Shown here: positions 36,280 to 47,200 of the stretch, piece by piece
How the letters are laid out: the number at the start of each line of letters is the position of its first letter
How positions within the stretch are numbered: position 1 is the first letter of the stretch
Assembly (NCBI GenBank): GCA_026026165.1
Contig: JAPEUD010000049.1
Location: 1-64,000 of the forward strand
Length of the DNA: 64,000 nt
From: Sarea resinae
Lineage: Eukaryota
Direction of reading: 5' to 3'
Program-made: the position numbers and the translations under genes
Notes under the pieces: model-generated
The model's input: only the letters and a program-made list of their open reading frames with translations
Told to the model about the DNA's origin: nothing
Database searches by the model: none

Positions 36280-37776
36280 ATGAGTCGTAGAAAGATCTTG
36301 ATCCTGATTCTTCTCTCCCTGCTCATTCCATTCTCACCAACCATCTACTACCGCTTCATGTCGACCGTAACTTCCAAACTCTCCCCATCGCCCTCGTTGA
36401 GCCGGGGTGCTATCGTGGTCGGCTCGGGTCTCGCGGGACTCTCCGCCGCGTCGCAGCTCATCACCCACAAGGTCCCCGTTCACCTCCTCGAGAGAGCTCC
36501 CAAGCCCGGCGGAAACTCGATCAAGGCCTCCTCGGGCATCAACGGTGCACCGACGAGGTTTCAGCCGGTCGCTGACAATGCGTTCTACGATGATACCGTG
36601 AAGTCGGCCGGCAGCGCTCTGGCGTCTCTCCGCGAGCAGCGAGAAAGCCTCATCTCTACATTGACGAAATCCTCGGCCGCCGCCGTAAACTGGCTCGTCG
36701 ACGACAAGGGCATCGACCTGAGCCGTGTCGCTCAACTGGGAGGCCACAGTCTCCCCCGGACTCATCGTGGTTCGGGGCAAACGCCGCCTGGTGCCGCCAT
36801 CGTGACCACACTGCTCAAGTCACTCAAGGACAATGAACTCTTTCATCTCGATACGGGATGTCAGGTCACCAAAGTCTTGCACTCGGGCTCCGAAGTCCAA
36901 GGTGTCGAATACACATGCGAAGGCGGTGAAACCAAAGTGCTGCACGGCCCCGTCGTCTTCGCCAGCGGTGGCTTCGCAGGCGACGCAGAAGGCCTGCTCG
37001 CAAAATACCGTCCCGACCTCGCCGGATTCCCATCAACCAACGACCCACGCGAGGGTTCTCAGAAGCTTCTCACCGAAGTTGGCGCCCAGCTGCTCGACAT
37101 GGACCTCGTGCAGGTACACCCGACGGGATTCGTGGATCCGAAGACTCCTAATGCACCCCTCAAATGGCTTGCTGCCGAACTTCTACGAGGTGAGGGTGGT
37201 CTGCTCCTTATGAACGGCAAACGCTTCGTCAACGAGATGGAAACCCGCCAGCACATCACTGACGCCATTCTCCGTACTCCCGCCGTCGACGAGTCCCCAC
37301 ACCAATGGGACGTGCAGGTTGTCCTAGACGAGGGCTCCTACAGCGCCGCGCCATCGAACATCGACTTCTACATCTTCAAGGGTCTCATGCGCAAGACGAC
37401 GGTCGCTGAGCTCGCTGACTCTGCTCTGGCCGCTATCCAAGATTATGCCGACGCCGCCGCGGGTAAAAAGGCCGACACTTTTGGTCGCAAGACGTTTGGC
37501 GAGTGGAGCACCAAGAAGATCACGCCCGAGACCGTCGTCTATATTGCCCGGGTCACGCCCGTGGTACATTTCACAATGGGAGGAGTCATAATCAGTGAAA
37601 ACAGTGAGGTTCTGAATGCGGAGGGCAAACCCATCAAGGGTCTCTGGGCTGCGGGTGAGGTGACGGGTGGGATCCACGGGGCGAATCGTCTCGGGGGCTC
37701 CTCACTATTAGAATGTGTCGTCTTTGGTCGGATTGCCGGAGATCAGGCGGCTGCTTTTGTGAACGCGAAGAAGTGA
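36280..37776 (+). CDS. FAD-dependent soluble fumarate reductase (Osm1/Frd1-like), intronless
   Basis: VVGSGLAG FAD motif, GGNSIKASSGING, LGGHS..RTHR, QVHPTG, LRGEGG, HFTMGG and GANRLGGSSLLECVVFGR, with an N-terminal hydrophobic segment. Confidence 0.95.
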   Translation: MSRRKILILILLSLLIPFSPTIYYRFMSTVTSKLSPSPSLSRGAIVVGSGLAGLSAASQLITHKVPVHLLERAPKPGGNSIKASSGINGAPTRFQPVADNAFYDDTVKSAGSALASLREQRESLISTLTKSSAAAVNWLVDDKGIDLSRVAQLGGHSLPRTHRGSGQTPPGAAIVTTLLKSLKDNELFHLDTGCQVTKVLHSGSEVQGVEYTCEGGETKVLHGPVVFASGGFAGDAEGLLAKYRPDLAGFPSTNDPREGSQKLLTEVGAQLLDMDLVQVHPTGFVDPKTPNAPLKWLAAELLRGEGGLLLMNGKRFVNEMETRQHITDAILRTPAVDESPHQWDVQVVLDEGSYSAAPSNIDFYIFKGLMRKTTVAELADSALAAIQDYADAAAGKKADTFGRKTFGEWSTKKITPETVVYIARVTPVVHFTMGGVIISENSEVLNAEGKPIKGLWAAGEVTGGIHGANRLGGSSLLECVVFGRIAGDQAAAFVNAKK

Positions 37777-38220
37777 TCAAGGGCGGTGATGTGAAGACGG
37801 CCTCAACAAGCGGAGAGAAGAGATATACGAGAGCTCTCTACTCTTGATAGGAAATATTCTACTCTTGGAAATTACAATACCATCAATCAAACCATGGCTT
37901 TGAAATGCACAATCACACCCATCTCCGTCAAGTGTCTACGCAGGATGCAGGACGACACAGTATTATTCTTAGCCCTCTCGCAACCTCTCGGCCTCTCCAC
38001 TGATACTCCGAGTAGATCTTGACAATGCGAACTAATCCACATGCAAGCTAGCTCGATCGCTTCACCCCTGCGGGACCCCCCTTACCTGATCCTTACAGCA
38101 ACGTTACCTGAACGACTTCCAACAGCAGCAGCAGCGAACGGGCAGTGAGCGAACAGTGAGCGAACAGTGACGGGGTGTCTTTCCTGAAGCGACGGACGGA
38201 CGTGCCTGCACTCGGCTGCC

Positions 38221-38991
38221 TGCACTGCACTGCACTGCACTGCACTGCAGGTGCCCTGGAACAACCCCCTAAGTCCTCGCTCGCTTCTTCGTCATTATTC
38301 GCTCCATCGACGGCTGCAGGTGTCCAAGAAGTACGAAGTGACATGTCGCTCGCGTACCTACTTGGCTGACGCAGTACGAATACACTGCGTACGAATTCGA
38401 GAGAGAGAGAGGTCCGGAGTACCTTGAGACACATACTCGGAGTACCAAGCTACGAGGCAATGGAACCTTCAATTGCAAGCACAAGCAGTGGGAACTTGGC
38501 AACCCCAGGCCCAAGCCCAAGCAAGCAAGCAAGCAAGCAAGCAACCGGCCAGGGAAGCAAGCAAGCAGGCAAAGCAACCCAAGGTACGAGAGTACTACTG
38601 GGTAGCTCAGTTGGAGCTCCCCCCTCCCCTCCCCTCCCGTCGCTCGCTCGTCCCTCTCTACAGAGTACGGAGTAGTATCTCGCGCACCTTGCGCACCCCT
38701 TGGCCCAATTCCCCCTCCCCCCCCCCTTCTTCCATCCCATCCCATCCCATCCTATCCCATACCCAACCCAGCCCAGCCACCACATTTCCATGTAGACTCC
38801 ACTCCCCTCGTACTTCGTTTCCTGGAGATGGACAGCCCAGGTCTAGCTCTCGTCGGTAGGTAGCTGATCAGCCATTACGGCACTCCCAATTCTCCGTACT
38901 CCCGTGGACCGCACCGCACCTGGAGCACCGCACCGCGCGCCGCGCACCCAAGCCCAGCGAGCTGACTGACTGACTGACTGACTGACTGACC
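38221..38991. repeat. Microsatellite-rich upstream region: (TGCAC)n, (AGCA)n, (CCCAT)n, (CTGA)n
   Basis: Visible tandem runs at about 38221-38248, 38519-38543, 38733-38750 and 38962-38990. Confidence 0.85.
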
Positions 38992-39204
38992 GGCCTACCT
39001 TACCTCCCTCCCATCTCTCCCATCTCCCATCTCCCATCTCCTCTTCCCATCTCCACCTCTCATTCCCTTCCTTTCACTTCCTACAACCACACCTCTCCCT
39101 CCTTCCTTCTCTCCTTCTTCCTCCCAACGAGTCATCACCAATTCAGCACTCTCGAAGCCCGAACCCCAGCTCCGCAGCCCACCACCCACATACAAGCCAT
39201 CAAC

Positions 39205-40192
39205 ATGTCCACGCGCAAGAGAAAGCAAGACGCCGAAGAAGAGCTCCAGGCCCTGCCTTCCGACGAGAGCGAAGAAGAAGAAGAGTAAGACCCCGTCTCC
39301 CATCTCGTCTCATCTTCTTACCCGTCGCGTACTTGACGTCATCCACATCATGTGTATCTCTTGTGCCATTCATCTTGCTTCCTGTGCCTGTCTCAAGGGA
39401 TCCATCTGCTTCATCATCTAGCTATCTGGCTACCTTGCGCTACGCCACGCCACCCGACTGCCTGCATGGCTAGCTAGCTAGATCTTTCCTTAGACAAATC
39501 CATGGGTCAATTGAACTCAAATGTGTCGATACGGCACCGTTCCTGCTCCACGTTCTGGTCCTTGAACGCGTCGTCTTCATTTTAGACATAACGTCTCTGT
39601 TTTGGGGCAAGAATTGCACATGGGTTCCGCGCCATGATGGCGGTAATGGGTGCCCGAATTGCGACTAACTCGGTCTTTGCACATCAGATACGAAGACTCC
39701 GAGGGCTCCGTTGTGTCCGAAGAAGGCGATGAGGAAGACGAAGATGAGGAACCAGAGGTAGAGGAGGAGGGCGAAGAGAACGGGGCCGACGAAGGTGAGT
39801 TTGATTTCTTTCTAGCTATCATCTATTCTGCTTCCGCCCAGCAGACATCAATGTCGCAACGAAATGAAACTAACGATTCTCTTCTTCCAGCGCCCCCGAA
39901 AGCCAAGAAGCGCAAAACAGACCCAGCCCCGGCAGCCGATGATGACGAGGGCGTGGAAGTGATTGACGATGAGGAGGATGCTGAAGCTGGCGAAGACGAC
40001 GACGATGCTGCCGAGCCCGAAGTCGAGGAAGAGGATGATGCTGAAGGAGAAGAAGAAGAAGAGGTCGGAAACGGAGAGACAACGGCACCGAAGTCCGCCC
40101 CCGCTGCAGCGGCTAAGAGCGCTAAGGGTGGAGATGTACCGAAGGAGGCGGATCTGGAGGAAGTTGAGGTGGATGATGGAGAAGAGGAGTAA
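39205..40192 (+). CDS. Very acidic, disordered nuclear protein of unknown function; exons 39205-39284, 39688-39794, 39891-40192
   Basis: MSTRKRKQDAEEELQALPSDESEEEEEYEDS..., NLS-like RKRK and PPKAKKRK, canonical splice sites. Confidence 0.8.
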
Positions 40193-40619
40193 GTGGGCCC
40201 ATTATATGGGGTTTTGGCGATAGATGGACCGGTTGGCGGTCGGGGGTAGGATATGTTTTGTATTATTTGCTGCGATTTGTTTCTTATTCTGTTTGTACCC
40301 GGTAGCTCAGGTAGTCAGGGAGTCTGATATAAAAGAAGTATAAAATCTATGAGTGATAGAGAAAGAAATATCGTTCCGACGTCTGCCATCATCTGTCAGG
40401 TCAAGAGAAGTCTTTCAGATCTCCCAGCCCTATTGAGCAGCGACCCGTGGAAAGAGCGCCCGCTAACCGGCGCTAACTGTTGTCAGGAGAGGTTGCCAAG
40501 AGTTCCGGATTGTTGACGATCCATGATTTTATTAACACGAGTGATGCTGGTCCGCACTTTCAAAGCTTAGCTTGTTTGTGTAGTACACGAGACTTGGGAT
40601 ATGCCTGTTAGCATAGAAT

Positions 40620-40900
40620 TAGGGCAGAGAATAATTAATAACACTATTGCAAAAGGCCTACTTTTTTAAGCTCCTGCTGTTTGTATATTTCTTGTTACCT
40701 CAGTTCATGTGTCGAGGATCTAATATCTACATGCAATACCTTATTCTCCACTATTTTTACTTAGCTAAAGACTATAAGTATATACCTACTATGTTGAAAT
40801 TAATAGCGTTAATAGGTCTACCTAATTTGCAAGGTATTAACAGGAAAGCCAGTAGAGCTGCTATTGTACTCTATTACAAGCTGCAGCCTGTAGACCCTAG
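40620..40900. repeat. AT/TpA-rich tract, probable RIP-mutated repeat relic
   Basis: Abrupt AT enrichment with many TA/TAG/CTA and few CpG, unlike its flanks. Confidence 0.5.
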
Positions 40901-40990
40901 CTGTCTGGGCTGCTTGTGTCCTCTCACACCACACCCACGAGGCTGCTATGATTCCATGCCTGTGATTTATACAGCGCCTTAGACCACCGT

Positions 40991-40996
40991 TATATA
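40991..40996 (+). promoter_or_regulatory. TATA-like box about 29 bp upstream of the 5S rRNA gene
   Basis: TATATA at the position known for upstream TATA elements of dispersed fungal 5S genes. Confidence 0.55.
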
Positions 40997-41019
40997 CTGC
41001 AACAACGCATACATCTATC

Positions 41020-41138
41020 ACATACGGCCATAGGTTGTAGAAAACAGAGGATCCCGTCCGCTCTCCTGTACTTAATCTACAAACCGGCGGATTAGTAGTT
41101 GGGTCGGTGACGACCAGCGAATACCCGCTGCTGTATGT
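41020..41138 (+). rRNA. 5S rRNA gene (dispersed copy)
   Basis: 119 nt, ACATACGGCCATAG...GATCCCGTCCGCTC...TTAGTAGTTGGGTCGGTGACGACCAGCGAATACC...TGTATGT. The 5' and 3' ends pair and a T-run Pol III terminator follows. Confidence 0.96.
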
Positions 41139-41358
41139 TTTTGGATTTTTTGCATCCCTTACGGACTCGAAAACTTAGGAGCATTGATGGCGGGCTTATC
41201 AATCAGATCTTATCTGTCGATCGTTGCTGTGTACCTCGGCCCAGGATAAGGCGACGAGCAATGTAGCCCGGTGGACTTATATGCCCCTCTTATTTAGACT
41301 ACCCTATTGACCCGTTCAATTCCTCCTTTGTTAAGCCTGTGCTCGATGTTGAAAGACA

Positions 41359-43092
41359 ATGTCCTTTTGCCGCTCTTTACTGAATGCTGGGGGGAGAGCT
41401 ACAAACAGTCTCAGAAGTAATGGATCATATTGTTGCCGGCGGAGAGGCTTCTCAACCGCCGCACCAGACGCATCCACGCTACCTTTGACAGGAGTCAAAG
41501 TGCTGGATATGACGAGAGTGCTCGCTGGGGTACGCCGTGTCCTAAATCTATTGCATTCGGGCGCCCCAAATCTGACGAGCGTTTGTGCTAGCCATACTGC
41601 ACGCAGATCCTCGGTGACCTCGGGTACGCAGCATGAAGCCCAGTACGAACCGCCTCTTCGAGGTTGGCCGCTTCAAGCTCAATCGCTGACTTGTTGAAAC
41701 TGCTAGAGCCGATATAATCAAAATTGAGCATCCCACGAGGGGCGACGATACTCGAGCTTGGGGTCCACCGTATGCAGAACCCATCGATGGCAAGCCCACG
41801 AAAGGACCCGGGGAGAGCGCGTACTTCTTATCCGTTCGTGCCGTGCGACGATCTTCGAGGACAGCCATTCTGATTATTTTCTAGGTCAACAGGAACAAGA
41901 AATCCGTTGGTCTCTCCTTCGCTCATCCTTCGGGTGTCGACATCCTACACCGGCTTGCAAAAGACTGTGATGTCCTCGTGGAGAATTACCTACCCGACAG
42001 CCTAAAGAAATACAACATGGACTACGAGACACTCCGGAAGATCAACCCAGGTCTAATATACGCGAGCATCACGGGCTATGGTCAGACGGGGCCGTATAGG
42101 AACAGGGCGGGATACGATGTTATGGTAGAAGCGTGCGCCTTCCCTTGGGGTCCTAGTGAACATTACACGCTGACTGACATCTAGGGAGATGGGCCTGATG
42201 CACATTACCGGCTCTCGGGACGGCCCGCCAGTGAAGGTCGGAGTGGCGGTGACAGATCTGACCACAGGACTTTATGCATCTAACTCAATAATGGCGGGCT
42301 TGCTATATCGAGCTCGGACGGGCAAAGGCCAGCATATCGACCTCGCCTTGAGCGACTGCCAAGTAGCAACTCTTTCTAATCTTGCTAGCTCAGCTCTGAT
42401 TAGCGGCCAAAAGGATTCTGGGCGGTGGGGAACAGCACATCGTATGTTATGCTCTCCGTTCTCCATATCTAATTCTCTGACACAAAGTGCATAGCATCTA
42501 TCGTGCCCTATCGGGCGTTCAAAACCTCTGACGGTGACGTATTACTCGGCGGTGGGAACGACCGCTTATATGGAGTTTTGTGCGATAAGCTAGGTAAACC
42601 GGAGTGGAAAACTGACGAAAGATTCATTACCAATGCGATGCGCGTGAAGCATCGCAATGTTCTCGAGGAATTGATAGAGGCCGAGACGACGAAGAAAACG
42701 ACCAAGGAGTGGTTAGAGATCCTTGATAACAGTGGCATGCCATATGCTGCCATCAATGACATCCAGGGCACCCTCAGTCACGAACATGGTATGTATCCAC
42801 ACGCCGTGCACGTCTTGTGCAGCTTCCATACCATGGCTCTGTCTACTCTCTTCTGACTCGCTTTCCCCTTGCTGCGGCAGTCCTCGCCCGAGACATGGTT
42901 ACATCCATCACGCACCCCACCTGTGGCGATCTCAAGCTCGTCAACACCCCTGTCAAGTATTCGGAATCGCAGCCCAGCATTCGCACGCCGCCGCCCACCC
43001 TGGGGCAACATACCGACGAAGTCTTGCGAGAAGTCCTGGGGATGAGTAATGAGGATATTCAAGGATTGAGGGGAGAAGGCGTCGTCGCTTGA
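41359..43092 (+). CDS. CoA-transferase family III (CaiB/BaiF; SUGCT-like), mitochondrial, multi-exon
   Basis: LTGVKVLDMTRVLAG|PYCTQILGDLG, GDDTRAWGPP, VNRNKKS, ASITGYGQTGP, GYDVMVEA and PPTLGQHT, with an Arg-rich presequence. Confidence 0.94.
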
Positions 43093-44215
43093 TTGCCTCC
43101 TTCCCTCGAGCCGAGCGTGAAGAAGTAGAGACATATCACCGAACATTCCTCACCTGCCATCGGCTATATGTACTATGAGGTCTGGTCATGGGTAGAAATC
43201 GTCGTAGAGTAAGCACTTTCTGTACAGATCAAGGCCTTCCTACCTTACCCAACTATCCTCTGGAGAAAGAAGAGAAAAGTATGTAATCATCTCAGCACCG
43301 TACATGACCATCAAAACGTGGCCCGTCATGGTCGGAACTCCACCTACTCTCGTGCTTTGTACTACTCTGTGACCTTGTTGATAACGAAACACTCCGATAA
43401 GGGCACGCGCGAGATGTGCGTGTTTTAGCGCCATTCATCGCCCATCCAGATGGAGGCCACCTTTCGGCCTCGACCTCTGGGAGAGTTTTGGGTTCAGCGA
43501 ATGGAATGCTGGAATGCTTCAAGACGACGGCAAGATGCTGTAGCTTCCTCGCTTCACCCACCATCAGCCCCCGCATCTTGCTTCTTACCATACATAGATA
43601 GCCATGGGGTTGTCTCTACTAGGTGGGCGTTAGGAAGCGACGGCCTCTATCTGCATCTCGACTACCTACTCGAGTATGAGCGGACGTGCGCCGGCGCCGC
43701 TATGAGATCCATCTCGATGAGATGAATTGGGCATGGCCGCACTTGCTATACTTTCGAGGCTCTGGCTCTTCTCGTCGCATTATTTTCCTTGGTAAACACA
43801 TGGTGTCGTCTGTGGTCTGTGATGCGGTGGTGTTGTCACTACCTCGATTGTCATTGTTCGCACGCCTCTGAGCCTTTATCGCGTTGTGTGGCGAAAATAC
43901 GCACAAACGGCGCACACCATGATGAATCAGATTTCCGGGCTCTGTTGCCTTGTCATCACGGCTATCCCATTTCCATAATTCTTCATGATATCCTTTGTCT
44001 TGATTGATGCCGCCTGGTGATTGTTTCTCCACAAAAAGCGTTTCACGAAGCGCTTATTCTCGTTTCTAGACTCGGTGCCGTCAAATATATAACATTCGCG
44101 CCCCAGATACCGATTGCCCACACTTCGTACAGAGTCTCCTGTGGCTTTGAAGGCGAAATCTCTCCTCTCCTCGAATTCGATCAAACGCCCGTGTGAAATC
44201 GATCGCAGCTTTACC

Positions 44216-47200
44216 ATGGGCGAGCTCAAGTCAGCACGATCATGGCTGCGTCGGCCTGGAAAGTTGCCTCAGAGCCATGGCCAACCTTCAGAACCACCAT
44301 CCCAGAATGCAATTCTTCGCACCACGATACTTGTCCGCAATGTCCATTGCGCGTCTTGCATCGCCTATGTCGGAGAGGTCCTCAACACTTTCCGATCTTC
44401 CATCCATCATCTCGATGTCAATATCGTTACCCATGAAGTTCAGATCGAACATACATCAGAGGTATCGGCCTATAATATTTGCCGGACACTTACAGATGCT
44501 GCATTTGAAGTCTACGGTGCGAGTACAACCGACGCCGCTGGTAATCGCATCGCCGAGCTCGATGTCGCCAGGGAAGAGAGCAGAGGATGGCTAGAGCAAG
44601 CGACAGACTACCTTGGCCATTCCCCTCGACTCACGCCCCGAGGGTCTGTCGCATCAGAGTCTAGATCTCATCCTGGTCGAAGCCAGCAGGAGAAGAGGCA
44701 GAAACATATTGAAAATTGCAAGGCTTGTCAATCGGAGGAGAAGATGGCCTTAGACGAGAGAGAGTCTTCCAGCACATCAGACGACCGACACGTCTCACAA
44801 GCTCCTACTCTACAAAAACATGCTAGTGATGAAAAGCGGTTGCTGGGGGATGAACTGAGGCAATACAATTACTCGTCAGCTCGTCGTGATACTGGTATCC
44901 CGGACAACTTAGTTCCCCCACAGGAGTCTCCTGACGAGAAAATGCATCAAGGAGACGGTACTTCCGCGCCAGTCATTGTGATTGACTCTCCAGAAAACCA
45001 AGCCGCACAGCCAAGATATGAAGCTGTCATAAGCATCGGCGGTATGACCTGCTCTTCCTGTACTGGTTCTGTCACAGACGGCCTCCGGGAATTCGCATGG
45101 GTGAAGGACATCAATGTCAATCTATTGACAAACAGTGCCACCATTATCTTCGAAGGCGCAAAGGAAAGGACTGATGAAATCATTGGAAGAGTCGAAGATC
45201 TTGGCTATGACTGTACATTACAGTCTTGTGAAGCCCTAAGGTTGCAGGACCATGACAGAAAACGCACACCTTCGACTGATGTACCTTTTGCAGAAGTTAA
45301 TCGAGTAACTTTGAGCATTGGAGGCATGACTTGCTCATCATGCACAAGTGCCGTTACCAGAGCTGTCCAGGAGCTTCCTCGGATCAAATCTATCAACGTC
45401 AGCCTCCTCACGAATAGCGCATCTATTACTTTTGAAGGGCCGAAGGAATTTGTGAATGAAATAGTAATGAAGGTCGACGACCTTGGATACGAATGTTCAG
45501 TTGATGGCGAGGTTAAAAGAGATGGACAGATGGAGGAGGGAGGTAAATCCAAGAACCAAGGCGATGTTTTCATGGCAACACTGAGCATCAAGGGAATGAC
45601 TTGCGCGTCATGTGCTGGAGCCATTGCTCAAACAATCAAGGAACTATCGTATGTTCGGTCAGTTAACATAGCTCTGTTGACAAACAGTGGTATCGTCGAA
45701 TTCGAACGACGGGAAAATGTTGATGCCATCGCGGAGAAAGTGGAAGACCTTGGATATGAATGCAAGGTGGAAGAAATCAAGTCGCTAGATCTAGGGGACC
45801 TCTCTGAAGACCCTCAAAGAACGACCATGATTGCTGTCGATGGTATGTTCTGCCAGCATTGTCCGCCGAGACTTTCGGAGGCACTGCGGTCTACATACGG
45901 CGGAAATGTTACCATTGCGAAGCCGCCCACTCTCAAGGATCCGATCATGAAGATTACATATACTCCTCACCCGCCCGACTTTACAGTTCGCAATATCATC
46001 AGTACATTAAGCTCTGTTAGCGACCCCTTCTCTGCCACTGTTTATCATCCACCAAGCATTGAAGAGCGTTCTCGTGCTGTGCAACTTCACGAACAACACC
46101 GGCTTCTTATCCGTCTAGTTCTAAGCATCGTGTTTGCAATACCAACCTTTCTTGTTGGAGTGGTTTGGATGGATTTAGTATCGTCCTCAAACAGCGTGAG
46201 AAAGTTTTTCGACAAACCGATATGGTCCGGTTCCGTTACTCGCTCGCAATGGGCGCTTTTCATCCTTGCCACGCCGGTCATGTTCTTCGCTGCGGATGTC
46301 TTTCATATCCGAGCTATCAAAGAGATTCGAGCTCTCTGGCGACCAGGCAGCAAAGTTCCGATACTACGAAGGTTCTATCGATTCGGAAGCATGAATCTTT
46401 TGATGTCGGCTGGGACGTCTGTTGCATATTTTTCATCTCTCGCCATTCTCATCGTTGGTGCCACTACTTCTGGCAACAAACGTGTTTCAACCTCGACTTA
46501 CTTTGACTCGGTCGTGTTCTTGACAATGTTCATTCTCATGGGAAGGTTCTTGGAAGCCTACAGCAAAGCAAAGACTGGCGATGCCGTGGGATTGCTTGGG
46601 AAGCTGCGTCCTAGCGAAGCGCTTCTTGTGAGCTCGAATAGTAGAACAGGATCTTCGGAAAGCCAGGACACGGCGAAGAATCCTTCGTCGACGACAATAC
46701 AAACCATACCTGTGGATCTTCTCGAAGTTTCTGACAGGGTTCTTGTTCCACATGGTACCTCACCTCCTGCCGACGGTATTGTGGTAATAGGGCAGACGCA
46801 ATTTAACGAAAGTTCTTTGACCGGAGAGTCGAGGCCTGTACCGAAACCAATTGGTGAAAAGGTTTTTGCTGGGTCCATCAACATTGGAAATCCAGTTACC
46901 GTGAAAGTTACGGAAATCGGCGGCACTTCTATGCTTGATCAGATTGTCGCCGTCGTACGCGAAGGGCAGACCAAGCGTGCTCCTGTGGAGAGGGTTGCAG
47001 ATGTACTAACTGGATATTTTGTCCCTGTCATAACTCTTCTTGCAATACTGACATTCGTAATTTGGCTTGCTCTTGGTCAGTCTGGAACTCTTCCTCGCGA
47101 TTATCTAGACGTCGACACTGGCGGTTGGGCGTTTTGGGCTTTGGAATTTGCGATTGCGGTTTTTGTTGTTGCTTGTCCCTGTGGAATCGGACTCGCTGCC

